The notes under the pieces: model-generated
What the model was told of the DNA's origin: nothing
The model's input: the letters and a program-made list of their open reading frames with translations, nothing else
Database searches by the model: none
Assembly (NCBI GenBank): GCA_032250835.1
Contig: JAVVEA010000006.1
Span: 32,001 to 96,000, forward strand
Reading direction: 5' to 3'
DNA length: 64,000 bases
Source: a bacterium
Lineage (GTDB): Bacteria; SAR324; XYD2-FULL-50-16
Part shown: piece after piece, positions 20,522 to 30,208 of the stretch
Layout of the letters: every line of letters begins with the position of its first letter
Numbering within the stretch: position 1 is the stretch's first letter
Made by a program: the position numbers and the translations under genes

Positions 20522-20607
20522 GCGCCGAGATGGTGCATGTAAGCTAAGCCAAAGAGAATGGTTGCAACCGCAGCGACGATCCAAGAAGATGCAAATGCCT
20601 TATCCAT
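20518..20607 (-). CDS. 29-aa hydrophobic small protein MDKAFASSWIVAAVATILFGLAYMHHLGA
   Basis: Read manually; AAAGG upstream of ATG; a single TM helix; upstream sigma70-like promoter. Confidence 0.55.
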   Translation of the reverse strand: MDKAFASSWIVAAVATILFGLAYMHHLGA

Positions 20608-20722
20608 AGGGTACCTTTGTCTGAGGGTTGGATTGCCGATTTTTCGGCAGCGCCGGCCTTAGCTATTTGAGGCCGGCATATTGGGCTCCTTTGGGGAGGG
20701 GACCAAGCTTTTGTTGGATATA

Positions 20723-20751
20723 AATATATGAATATTCATATATGCTGGCAA
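20723..20751 (-). promoter_or_regulatory. Sigma70-like promoter (TTGCCA-17-TATATT) overlapped by the perfect 20-bp palindrome ATATATGAATATTCATATAT (20724-20743)
   Basis: Direct reading of the sequence. Confidence 0.6.
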
Positions 20752-20946
20752 GTAAAAATCCCCCCTTTTGTTGCCCAACTCACCAAATCCCCATAAATCC
20801 CCTGCCGCTCATTCCTCCCGTGCCGTTACCCTAGGTGAAACCCCTCCCTGTTCCTTTGTATAGGTCCTCAAGGTCTGGGCAAATCAGTAGGTTTTAGGTA
20901 TAAGCAGTGAAACCCAGATTTATGCCATCTACTTTCAGAGGGAGCT

Positions 20947-23900
20947 ATGAGCCTGCCAAAGTACATTGAAGCGACCGGAAATATCTGTTTCGAACCGCCC
21001 TACGATCTCTTAGGCACCGACTTCTATTGCTTCCCCTTGGGGGGTAAAAGGGAGACCATCCAAGCGACGGTAGACCAGTTTTTGGCTCCGGTGCTTGAGG
21101 GGACGGGCATCCGGTATGAGGTGATCAGCGATTTCTTGATGCTGGGCTTGGCCTATGCCGAACGCGCCAGCAGCGCCGTTGAGCCCGCTCGTTCGACTGG
21201 CTGGGTGCCCGAGGTGGACTGGGCTTTTTGGGTTCCCTTGATGCGTTATGAGGGCAACGAACCCAAGCGCATGGTTTGGTTTATGCCCTATGTGTTTGTG
21301 AACAATCCCATTGCTATGGTCGGCGGGCGCGAGATTTATGGATTCCAAAAGACCACCGCCCAGTTTGATCCCCCGGCGTCGCCTAAGGTAATGGGTGACT
21401 TTAGCTTAGAGGCCTGGGCCTTTGCGGAATTTGGAGTGGAGCAAGAAGGCAAGGTTCAGGAGATCTTCAATTTGAAAAACCTGGGCGCTGGGCCCGACGA
21501 AGCTTCGTTCTTTAAAGACCTACTGCTTGCCGCCGAGACGCTGGTTAGCTTGGCCGAAATGGCGATAGGTGATCCGGCAGATCTATTGAAAGCCCTAATC
21601 GCCGATTTGCTCAGGGGCCAAGTCCCTCAGGTGTTCCTCAAACAATTCCGCGATATAACGAAAGGGGATAAGGCCTGTTACCAAGTGGTGGCCGAGGCTC
21701 CGGCGCGTTTGCTGAAGCTGCCGAGTATTAGCCCGATCTTTGAATCTTACCAACTCAACAACCCCAACCTAGCCAGCTATCCCTTTGCCCAGTCTTTGGG
21801 GATCGGTGAAGGGGCGATCCCATTGGGGCTGGGGATGAAGGTGCAGATGGATTTCCGCATGGAAATGGGCGAGGTCATCGCCCAGTCCAAGGAATTGCGG
21901 CCCCAGAAGGTTGCGGTCTTGGGGGCTGGGGTGGGCTCGCTCTTGGCGGTGGCGGCGGTGGTGACCGCGCCGGAATATAACGGGCAGTATCAGTTCACCG
22001 TCTATGAACGCGGCTGGCGGATCGGCGGCAAAGGAGCCAGTGGCCGTAATACTGAAAAGGACATGCAGATTGAAGAGCATGGCCTGCATATCTGGTTGGG
22101 CTTTTATAATAACGCCTTCCATTGGATCGACGCCGCCTACCGCGCGGCTTTGGAGCGGCTGGGATACAGCCACCTGGGTCTAAGCTGGCGCGATTTCTTT
22201 TCGCCCACCGACCTAGTGGTCTTTGAAGAAAAGGTCAAAAATCAGTGGAAGCCCTGGCCCATCAAGTTCCCAGATAACGCCGAGGTCCCTGGCAGCCCCG
22301 AGCAGTTCTTAGGCCCTATCGACTATGCCGAGATGATGGTGGAAATGCTGCTGGAGATGCTGCGGAATTTAAAAGCCGAAATTGAAGGGGAACGCAGACA
22401 ACGGACGGGCTTTTTTGGTGGATTGCAGGACTGGTTTGAGCGGTTGGTTAGCAACCAGCCGATTCAAGCCTTAGATGGGCTATTGGTCTCCTTACTAGAA
22501 CGCTTGGCCCAAGCTAAAAAAGCAATGAACCGGGCCGAGGGCCCGGTCCAAGAGATCGAAGAGCTGATCCAGGCGGTGTTGGGCGAGATCTTGGAATTGG
22601 TAGATAGCGTCCAAAAGCTGATCGAAAAAATCCTCAAGCCCTTCTTTGATGACTCGGACCTGTTGCGTCGACTTTGGACCATCATGGACTTAGGCCTGAC
22701 CGTATTGACCGGCATGTGCCAAGATAAAATGTTTACCCGGGGCTTCTCGGTGGCCAATGACCTCGACTTTTACGCTTGGCTTAAAAAACATGGTGCCGAC
22801 CAGTTAGTGATGGAAGGGCCGCTGATTCAGGCGGTCTACGACATTGTCTTTGGTTACGACGACGGAGACCCAGAACGCCCGGCCTTGGCCGCTGGGGTGG
22901 GGCTTTACGGTAGCTTTAGGATGCTGCTGACCTACAAGGAGCACATCTTCTGGCGCATGAACATGGGCATGGGGGACATTGTCTTCACCCCGCTTTATGA
23001 GTTGTTACGCTCCAAGGGCGTGAAATTTGAGTTCTTCCATCAAGTAGACCAGATCAAAGCCAGCGACGATGGGGACCAAATTGACTCCCTTGAGATCATC
23101 CGCCAAGTGGACCTTAAGCCTGAAGTGAAGGCCTATGACCCTTATGTAAGCGTTCCTTATAATGTACCGAACAAGGACCTAACGATTGATTGGCCCTGCT
23201 GGCCCAGCGAGCCTAATTGGGACCAAATCAATCCCGATCAGGCCGCCCAGCTTAAGGAATTGGAAAAGCGGCGGCTGACCTTAGAGTGCCCTTGGTCTCC
23301 CTGGGAAGGGGTGGGGCGTATTGAGCTGAAGCGCGGGGTGGACTTTGATCAAGTCATCTGCGGGATCACCGTGCGCGCCTTGGACCCGATCAGCCAGGAC
23401 CTGCAGGCGAAACGACCGGAATTTAAGGAGATGTTGCGACAAACCAAAACAGTGGTCACCCGTGGGGCCCAGCTTTGGTTTAAACAGAGCAGCGAAGAGT
23501 TGGGCTTTGATCCCGGAGAGGACCGGTATCAAGGGCTTGAGCCCATTGTGGGCGGCTATGTAGAACCCTACGGCAGCATCGCCGACTTGACCCATCTGAT
23601 CGCTCAGGAAACCTGGGGAGCGAACCCGCCCAAATACTTGGCCTATCCCTGCGGGGTGATGAAGATGGGGGTGATGCCGCCGCCCAGTGATCAGGACTTC
23701 CCCATGCGGGCCTATCAAGAGATTGTGGACACCTCTTGGGCTTGGCTGGACCAAAACGCCGCCTACCTCTGGCCCAATGCTTGCGGTCCCGATGGCAAGC
23801 TGAAACCTGAAGCTTTAGACAGCCAATATTGGCGGCCCGGTGTCAATTATACGGAGCATTACGTCTTGAGCGTGCCCGGTTCGGTGGTCTACCGCCGGGG

Positions 23901-24078
23901 CCCTAACGACCTGAAGGTAGCCAACTTGTTTTTAGCCGGCGACTGGACCAAAAACCTGATCAACGCCGGTTGCGTCGAGGCGGGCGTGATCAGCGGGCTC
24001 AACTGTGCGCGCTTCTTGACTGGCTGGAACATCCCAATCTACAACGCCACCAAGAAGCAGCTCGAAGAGGGGCCCTAG
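20947..24078 (+). CDS. Acetoacetate-decarboxylase-like domain fused to an FAD/NAD(P)-binding oxidoreductase
   Basis: N-terminal FVNNPIAMVGGREIYGFQK (ADC-like); KVAVLGAGVG Rossmann motif; YERGWRIGGKGASGR, EEHGLHIWLGFY, NLFLAGDW, GCVEAGVISG. Confidence 0.8.
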   Translation: MSLPKYIEATGNICFEPPYDLLGTDFYCFPLGGKRETIQATVDQFLAPVLEGTGIRYEVISDFLMLGLAYAERASSAVEPARSTGWVPEVDWAFWVPLMRYEGNEPKRMVWFMPYVFVNNPIAMVGGREIYGFQKTTAQFDPPASPKVMGDFSLEAWAFAEFGVEQEGKVQEIFNLKNLGAGPDEASFFKDLLLAAETLVSLAEMAIGDPADLLKALIADLLRGQVPQVFLKQFRDITKGDKACYQVVAEAPARLLKLPSISPIFESYQLNNPNLASYPFAQSLGIGEGAIPLGLGMKVQMDFRMEMGEVIAQSKELRPQKVAVLGAGVGSLLAVAAVVTAPEYNGQYQFTVYERGWRIGGKGASGRNTEKDMQIEEHGLHIWLGFYNNAFHWIDAAYRAALERLGYSHLGLSWRDFFSPTDLVVFEEKVKNQWKPWPIKFPDNAEVPGSPEQFLGPIDYAEMMVEMLLEMLRNLKAEIEGERRQRTGFFGGLQDWFERLVSNQPIQALDGLLVSLLERLAQAKKAMNRAEGPVQEIEELIQAVLGEILELVDSVQKLIEKILKPFFDDSDLLRRLWTIMDLGLTVLTGMCQDKMFTRGFSVANDLDFYAWLKKHGADQLVMEGPLIQAVYDIVFGYDDGDPERPALAAGVGLYGSFRMLLTYKEHIFWRMNMGMGDIVFTPLYELLRSKGVKFEFFHQVDQIKASDDGDQIDSLEIIRQVDLKPEVKAYDPYVSVPYNVPNKDLTIDWPCWPSEPNWDQINPDQAAQLKELEKRRLTLECPWSPWEGVGRIELKRGVDFDQVICGITVRALDPISQDLQAKRPEFKEMLRQTKTVVTRGAQLWFKQSSEELGFDPGEDRYQGLEPIVGGYVEPYGSIADLTHLIAQETWGANPPKYLAYPCGVMKMGVMPPPSDQDFPMRAYQEIVDTSWAWLDQNAAYLWPNACGPDGKLKPEALDSQYWRPGVNYTEHYVLSVPGSVVYRRGPNDLKVANLFLAGDWTKNLINAGCVEAGVISGLNCARFLTGWNIPIYNATKKQLEEGP

Positions 24079-24149
24079 GCTGAGGGCCGGGTTGCCCAAA
24101 CCTGGGCAACTCGACATTTTTGGGCAAGGCCCATAAAACCCCATGTGGA

Positions 24150-27100
24150 CTATAACCCATCCACGGTCACGGGGGTAAGCAAGTTCAATGAATTGCTCAA
24201 CGCTTCCGAAACCGCACCTCTGTAGTTGCTGCCCCAGCATTTTACCGTTCCATCGCTGAGTAGGGCACAACTGTGGGTGCTTCCGGCGGCTACTTTGGTG
24301 GCGGTAGTTATGCCACTGACTTGTACCGGTACGCTGGAATTGGTGGTGCTGTTGTTCCCTAACTGCCCATAGAGATTGTGGCCCCAACACCAAACAGTTC
24401 CATCACTTTTAAGAGCACAGGCATGGCTGCCCTTTGACGAAATCTGGGTGATGCCCGTCAAACCGGATACGGTGGCTGGGCTGGTGATCAATACGGTGGT
24501 GGTGGAATTGTTGCCACATTGCCCATAGTAGTTACTTCCCCAACAACGGAGGGTGCCATCGGTGCGCAGGATGTAAAAGGCAGAACTTCCTGTTACTTGG
24601 GTGGCCCCAGCTAGGGCGGTTTGTAGGGTTGACGCTCCTGTGTTGCGATTTACCGAATAGATGGCACCCGCCGCAGTTCGGCCAAAAAACTCTAAACTAC
24701 CAAAGGCCGCATCCACGTATGAAGAGGTCGCGAGGTAGTTGACCGGATTGCGGTGAGTGGTTCCCGCTTCGCTTGGAAGGGTCAGATAACCCCAACACTT
24801 TACGTTGCCACCGGCTAGAATGGCACAAGTCGCTTGAGTAGACGATATTAAAGCCGAGGGATTGCTGATCCCGGGGACCGTGAGGGGTTTTAGGGCACCC
24901 GAATCGATGGAGCTATAAGTCAAGCCATCGCCCAACTCTCCGTGATAAGAAGCGCCGGAGCACTGGACCGAACCGGTGGTGAGCAGGGCGCAATAAAAGT
25001 AGTCGCCCATATTTATTTTCGACAGATTGCTTAGGCCCGGCACCCGGTTCAAGGGGCCGCTGGTGGTTTGGTCCATCCAGGGGACCAGTCCCCAACATTT
25101 AGCGGTACCGTCCGAAAGCTTGGCGCAGGTGGAGAAATTACTGGCTGCTAGGTCGGTGACTGGAATGGAATCAACCACTTTGACGCTCGCCGGGGAGGCA
25201 AATTCACCGGTGCTATTTTTAGAATAGACCAGCAGGTGGGTTGCTCCGTTGGGCAAGCTTCTGGCGGTTAAATTGAAATTTTGACTGGCCCCGGTTTTGG
25301 GTAGGGTAGCCAGCGCAGCGTATCCACTCAACTTGGTATAGCTATTGGAGCCCCAGTACACTACATAATCGGTTAGGTCGGACTCGCTGGTCGCCAAGGT
25401 GATCCCCAAGGTCCCCTGAACCGTGCCCGCCGTATGGTTTTGATCGATAAAGGTCAGGCTGCGCGCTGTGCTGCTGGGGCCAACTTGGGCTAGGCCCGCC
25501 TTGCCCACCAAGGAGGGGAGGCTCTGAGACGTGGTGTTGCCGTTGCCAAGTTGCCCGTAGTCATTGCTGCCCCAACACAGAATCTTTCCGCTCGAAAGCC
25601 GCGCACAAATTCCGTTAGAAGTGTTGGCCACAATTTGTTGTACTCCAGCGAGTCCGGGCACTAAAGTGGGCTGATAGCGCCACGCCAAGTCCCCTAATCC
25701 GTTTGCACCGTATGAGGCTAGGCCCCAGCATTTAACGCTCCCATCGGTATGCAAACTGCAGATATTGCCGCTGCCCAGGGCTAAGGCCTTGACTGAAGTA
25801 AGCCCTGCCAAGGTTGTGGCTGTGGTGGATGCTGCTGCCGTAGGGTCGGCCAGGAAGAGGCGGAAGCCACTATTGCCCCAGCATTTGACGGTAGCATCTG
25901 TCAATACGGCGCAAGCCCGGCTATTTCCCGTGTAGACGCTCACGGCGTTGGTGACCCCAGAGACCATTACTGGCACCCACCGATCAATGGTGGTTCCGTC
26001 GCCTAATTGGCGATAGTTGTTGTGGCCCCAGCAAGAGACTTGCCCGCTAGAGAGCCTCGCGCAGCCAAAACCGTTAGTCATAGAAATTTGGGTCGCTGTG
26101 GAAATTCCGGTCACCGGCACGATACTCGACTGGTTCTGGTCGTTGCCGTTGCCTAGGGCGCCATAGTATCCGTAGCCCCAGCAGTAGACGATTCCAGATC
26201 CGGTGAGGGCGCAGTTAGAATGCCCGTAGGTTACGAGTTGGGTCACGTTGCTGAGCCCAACCACAGTAGACTGGTGTGTAAACCACCCAAGGTTGGGGTC
26301 GCCCAGCTGCCCATACCAGTTGATGCCCGCACATTGGACCGTTCCCGTTGAGGTTCGGGCGCAAGCGTGAGACGACCCGATTTCCACTTCGACCACATCG
26401 CCGAGACTAGAGGAAATTGCGGGCAACAAACTCTGATCTGAGGAGGCTGTTGGGCTGCGCAGATAATCGCCGGTATCTCCCCAACATTGCATCAACTTGT
26501 TGGACAGAGCCGCACATCCGGCTTGATCACTCAAACTAATTTGGCTGAGTGTCGGCTCCGCTTCGGTGGTGAAGGTAACGCTGACCGGATAGTTTATGGC
26601 ATTGCCCGCCGCGTCTTTCACCCCTGTGGTGATGCTTAAGTTATAGGTCTTGCCAAAAAGTAAGGCTTGGCTGGGGGTAAAGGTGATGACTTGATTTGAA
26701 GCCGAAGCGGTCCCCGAAAGGGTGGTTCCGTTTTGGGTGAGGACGACCGTACTGGCGTTGACGCTGCTAGAGGACAAGGCCTCGTCGAAGGTGACCGTTA
26801 AATCCTTGATCACGCTGACGCCAGTGCCGCCCCCGCTGGGCGAAGTGGAAACCAGGCTTGGGCCGGTGGTATCGCTGGTACTGCTGGTGGTTGTAGTAGT
26901 GGTGGTCGTAGAAGTGGAGGCATAGTCAACCACGGCCCAGGCGGTAGGGCGCGCATTCAGGCCATTTTCGTTGTAGCTGAAGCCCAAGAAAAAACCAGTT
27001 GCAGCCGGAATATCTTGGTCGGTCAGTACAATCTTATGGTTGGCTTCATTGACAGTAGAATCAAAAATAGGCGCGCTACCTGGAGTGATCTGGGTTTCGG

Positions 27101-27407
27101 TAGAACCCCAATAGACGCGGTAACCGGTAATATCGGATTCATCCACCGCATCCATCAAAGACAAAGTTCCCGTCAATTTCCCATAACTCTGACCTACGTC
27201 CACAAAGGTCACCACCAACGGCCCGTAGGTCGGGGAACCAGGGGCCCCAATTGTGGGACCGTCCGTAGCCGTCGTATCGGTTGTGGTTGAGGTTGTGTCG
27301 GTGCTGCTGGAGTTATCTTGCGCTGAACTACCGGATTCTGATTGGCAATTCATCAAACTAAGGATCAATAGTAACCCAACTATCAGGCGGTAAAACTTGC
27401 GGTCCAT
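24150..27407 (-). CDS. RCC1-repeat / Ig-like surface lipoprotein
   Basis: Lipobox-like LSLMNC; Ser/Thr-rich linkers; Big_5-like Ig domain (VSTSP...VTFDEAL...GVKDAAGN); many C-A-x-L-x-x-G-x-V-x-C-W-G-x-N-x-x-G-Q-L-G repeats. Confidence 0.85.
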   Translation of the reverse strand: MDRKFYRLIVGLLLILSLMNCQSESGSSAQDNSSSTDTTSTTTDTTATDGPTIGAPGSPTYGPLVVTFVDVGQSYGKLTGTLSLMDAVDESDITGYRVYWGSTETQITPGSAPIFDSTVNEANHKIVLTDQDIPAATGFFLGFSYNENGLNARPTAWAVVDYASTSTTTTTTTTSSTSDTTGPSLVSTSPSGGGTGVSVIKDLTVTFDEALSSSSVNASTVVLTQNGTTLSGTASASNQVITFTPSQALLFGKTYNLSITTGVKDAAGNAINYPVSVTFTTEAEPTLSQISLSDQAGCAALSNKLMQCWGDTGDYLRSPTASSDQSLLPAISSSLGDVVEVEIGSSHACARTSTGTVQCAGINWYGQLGDPNLGWFTHQSTVVGLSNVTQLVTYGHSNCALTGSGIVYCWGYGYYGALGNGNDQNQSSIVPVTGISTATQISMTNGFGCARLSSGQVSCWGHNNYRQLGDGTTIDRWVPVMVSGVTNAVSVYTGNSRACAVLTDATVKCWGNSGFRLFLADPTAAASTTATTLAGLTSVKALALGSGNICSLHTDGSVKCWGLASYGANGLGDLAWRYQPTLVPGLAGVQQIVANTSNGICARLSSGKILCWGSNDYGQLGNGNTTSQSLPSLVGKAGLAQVGPSSTARSLTFIDQNHTAGTVQGTLGITLATSESDLTDYVVYWGSNSYTKLSGYAALATLPKTGASQNFNLTARSLPNGATHLLVYSKNSTGEFASPASVKVVDSIPVTDLAASNFSTCAKLSDGTAKCWGLVPWMDQTTSGPLNRVPGLSNLSKINMGDYFYCALLTTGSVQCSGASYHGELGDGLTYSSIDSGALKPLTVPGISNPSALISSTQATCAILAGGNVKCWGYLTLPSEAGTTHRNPVNYLATSSYVDAAFGSLEFFGRTAAGAIYSVNRNTGASTLQTALAGATQVTGSSAFYILRTDGTLRCWGSNYYGQCGNNSTTTVLITSPATVSGLTGITQISSKGSHACALKSDGTVWCWGHNLYGQLGNNSTTNSSVPVQVSGITTATKVAAGSTHSCALLSDGTVKCWGSNYRGAVSEALSNSLNLLTPVTVDGL

Positions 27408-27691
27408 CTTGATCGGTCCAAAACAACAGAATTAAAAAATACCCTTAGTTTTCCGAAGCTACCCTATAAAAGAGAAAATTCACAACCAGCAGAAACTGCA
27501 ATTCGGCCCTTTTGACCGATTTTGACCAAAACCACCAACAGAATCGGGCTGGCCAAGATTCAAGCAAGTCAACGTCACCACGAAAAAAGAGGTCTTTAGG
27601 GCAAATTTCCTGGCCGCACCCTAGGCTAAGGGTGCCTAGGGGCGATCAAAAAAGTTTATATAACTGGTGGGAGTTGCAGTAGAGTAGGCTA

Positions 27692-27878
27692 TCTAGTGCG
27701 ACTTTTTGGTGCTGCGGCGCTGGAACGAGCTAGGACCAAATCAGGGATGGAAGCCAAGTAGGGGGAAAAGTAAACTTTGCTGCTGGAGCGAGCCAGCCCT
27801 GAGGTCCTAAGGAAAGAGCAGATAGACGCAACCCAAGGGCCCAATCTATCTGCAAGACCCCCCGAGTGCCGCACTAGA
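27692..27878. ncRNA. Putative structured non-coding RNA (~187 nt; 6S-like or CsrA-binding sRNA-like)
   Basis: Nested inverted repeats: 27692-27700/27870-27878; 27731-27737/27803-27809; 27741-27746/27797-27802; 27818-27826/27845-27853. Confidence 0.4.
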
Positions 27879-27896
27879 GGGACTTTGTTGGGTTGA

Positions 27897-28643
27897 TTAA
27901 CCTTTTTTGGCTGCCTTCTCAGCTTCGGCGGCTTCCTTAAACTTGTCGTCGATCATCTCCTTGACGTATTCTAGGACGTTGCTGACCGAGCTGTTGACCT
28001 GCTCTTTAAGGTCCGAACCGCGCCAAACACCGGCAAAGCTGCTGATCGTTTTGTCTCCGCTACGTGTGGCACCTTGCATCAACACCTTTTTCCCGGTGGC
28101 GTCAAAGAGGTGCATGGTCAGTGTGGTGTTAACCCGTGCTTGAGTTACGCCGATGGAGGTTCCGGCTTTTTCCAGCTTGGCGTCCATCATCACGATCAAA
28201 GCACCATCAACACCCCTGAGCCCTTTGATGGCTTCTAGGACCAGTTCGGTCTGGTTGGGGTAAATCTGCTTGTATCCATCAGGGGCAATTTTGCCGCCCA
28301 TGTTTTCGTCCTTAATGGCCTTATAAAATTTGCTGGATAACACTTGAGACTCAGGGACCATTTGAACCCGGAAGATGCCTTTGGATTCGCGTAAGATCTG
28401 GTCTTTAACGGCGTCCATCATGGGCTTGAGTGACGTCGAGTCGCTTTGTGCGGCAGTGGCGGCTAAAGCCAACAGACTGCCGCTGGAAACCTCCGACGTA
28501 TTGACGTCTTCAGGAGCCATTAAAGTGACCAAAGCAATTTTATTCATTTTCTTGATCGCCGGGACATCTACCTTTGCACAGGCTGACATAAGCAGCGCAA
28601 TGGAGGCCAAGGCGAAGAAGATTTTTAAGGAGGGCTTTTTCAT
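27897..28643 (-). CDS. Hypothetical lipoprotein
   Basis: Start at ATG 28643 gives MKKPSLKIFFALASIALLMSAC (signal peptide plus lipobox). Confidence 0.75.
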   Translation of the reverse strand: MKKPSLKIFFALASIALLMSACAKVDVPAIKKMNKIALVTLMAPEDVNTSEVSSGSLLALAATAAQSDSTSLKPMMDAVKDQILRESKGIFRVQMVPESQVLSSKFYKAIKDENMGGKIAPDGYKQIYPNQTELVLEAIKGLRGVDGALIVMMDAKLEKAGTSIGVTQARVNTTLTMHLFDATGKKVLMQGATRSGDKTISSFAGVWRGSDLKEQVNSSVSNVLEYVKEMIDDKFKEAAEAEKAAKKG

Positions 28644-28928
28644 GGTAAACTCACGTTGGGGTGTGCGCGAGCAGGGAATTCGCTTAATGGGGAACGGAGT
28701 CCCTGAGGAAATCTGAACGTCTTGGGTGACCTCTAAAGGACTCGGAGCCATATACTGACCTTGGGTAGCCAATAGAGTTTGATGCAATTGGAGGCTTGGC
28801 TCAAAACCAATTATTTTATTTGGTTATAAGCTACTAATCGCCCTGAAATTGTACGATCATGTTAATCTATAAGGGTGCCGCTGCAATCGGTCAGTTTCAC
28901 TTAAATACACTTCTATTAAGGAATTAGG

Positions 28929-29171
28929 ATGATTAGCAAAATAAAGAGCTTAGCGGTCTATTCGGTAGGCTTGGTAGCAGGAATTTTCCTGGGGAAATGG
29001 GCGGCCAAAATCGCCGGGGATATGATGGGGTTTTTAGATTCTTTGGGCGGCCCAGCCTACTTAACCAGTCGGGTGATGATCCCGACGAACCTGTTAGGGG
29101 TGGTTGAAGCTTTAGTCACGGTGATTGTTCTTGCCGCGGTGGTTGGCGCCATCGGAAATCGCTGGCAATAA
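28929..29171 (+). CDS. Small hypothetical membrane protein
   Basis: 80 aa, two hydrophobic segments, AAGGA RBS. Confidence 0.6.
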   Translation: MISKIKSLAVYSVGLVAGIFLGKWAAKIAGDMMGFLDSLGGPAYLTSRVMIPTNLLGVVEALVTVIVLAAVVGAIGNRWQ

Positions 29172-29520
29172 GGTAAGCTGGCGGTAGGATACTTATTTTG
29201 GTATCTGGCGCAAGCAGGGGGCATTCTTTCGCGGCAAAGCTGTACGATCCGTCTTTTGGTTTGCTGCTGTTCATTGGCAGCTAGCGTTTGTCCAGCCAGC
29301 GTGAAACAGCAGCCGTCATGGCCGGGGCTGGCGCAGAGCCCCAAAAGCAGCAAAGCGAAGTGCGCAGAATCCCCGCTCTTCCAAATCTCCCCCGGTGGAA
29401 TACAAACCAATCCCGGCTAGCTTACCCTGCTTCACTTTTTATCGGTGGGGAATAAGGTGGGGAGCGGAGCCCCTAGGAAAATCTGACCGGCTTGAATAAG
29501 CGCTAAGTCATTGAAATTTG

Positions 29521-29597
29521 TGGCGGGGTTGACGGGACTCGAACCCGCGGCCTCTAGCGTGACAGGCTAGCGTTATAACCAACTTAACTACAACCCC
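29521..29597 (-). tRNA. tRNA-Asp(GTC)
   Basis: Cloverleaf GGGGTTG...CTAGC-CTGTCAC-GCTAG...GTTCGAG...CCA. Confidence 0.95.
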
Positions 29598-29629
29598 ATT
29601 GTGCCGCTGCCATCAGGCAGGGTCAGTCG

Positions 29630-29705
29630 TGGTGGGCGCTACAAGGCTCGAACTTGTGACCTGCGGCTTGTAAGGCCGATGCTCTACCAACTGAGCTAAG
29701 CGCCC
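29630..29705 (-). tRNA. tRNA-Val(TAC)
   Basis: GGGCGCTTAGCTCAG...CCTTACAAG...GTTCGAG...ACCA. Confidence 0.95.
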
Positions 29706-29746
29706 ACGACTTGAGCCCTAAAATCTATCGAGTAGGCTTTAAGCTG

Positions 29747-30127
29747 TCAAGGGAAACTGCGGACCGAACCTTCGTAAACTGCTGAGTGGCTGAAAATATA
29801 CCCCGGCATCGGCTGATCGGTTGCAACCAAGTGGAAGCCATGACGCTCTAAGATTTGAAAAACCATCTCACCGACCATTTTTTTGGCCAACTGCTCCTTA
29901 GACTCAAACCAACTAGGATCGATCAGAGACACCAGCAAAGGCTCCACTAAGCTCATGGCAGGCAGACCCGACTCGGTGGCCTGGACCAGAAGCCGCAAGC
30001 CCGGACCCTGACTGAGCGCATACCAGCAGGCATGTGCCTGGGGGCTGCTGGCCAGTTGGCGATGGGAATTTGAAGGTTGGTAAGAGCCGGGGAGGCCCGG
30101 TTGTTGATTGAGGGGTTCTGCTTTCAT
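29747..30127 (-). CDS. Hypothetical protein
   Basis: 126-aa ORF with ATG and AGGA RBS; no recognised family. Confidence 0.5.
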   Translation of the reverse strand: MKAEPLNQQPGLPGSYQPSNSHRQLASSPQAHACWYALSQGPGLRLLVQATESGLPAMSLVEPLLVSLIDPSWFESKEQLAKKMVGEMVFQILERHGFHLVATDQPMPGYIFSHSAVYEGSVRSFP

Positions 30128-30208
30128 GGGAATGTCCTATTTTTGTCCTGTACAAGTGGCACAAAAGGAGGCCTTAACATAAAGCTGAACCTTTTTTCTG
30201 GAGTAAAT

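Noticed and set aside
24150-27407. RCC1 repeats as a CRISPR array or a diversity-generating retroelement target
   Set aside because: The repeats are degenerate protein-coding units, and no cas gene, reverse transcriptase or template repeat was seen.
27692-27878. Retron msr-msd or SRP RNA
   Set aside because: There is no reverse transcriptase nearby, and the SRP helix-8 motif is only superficially matched.
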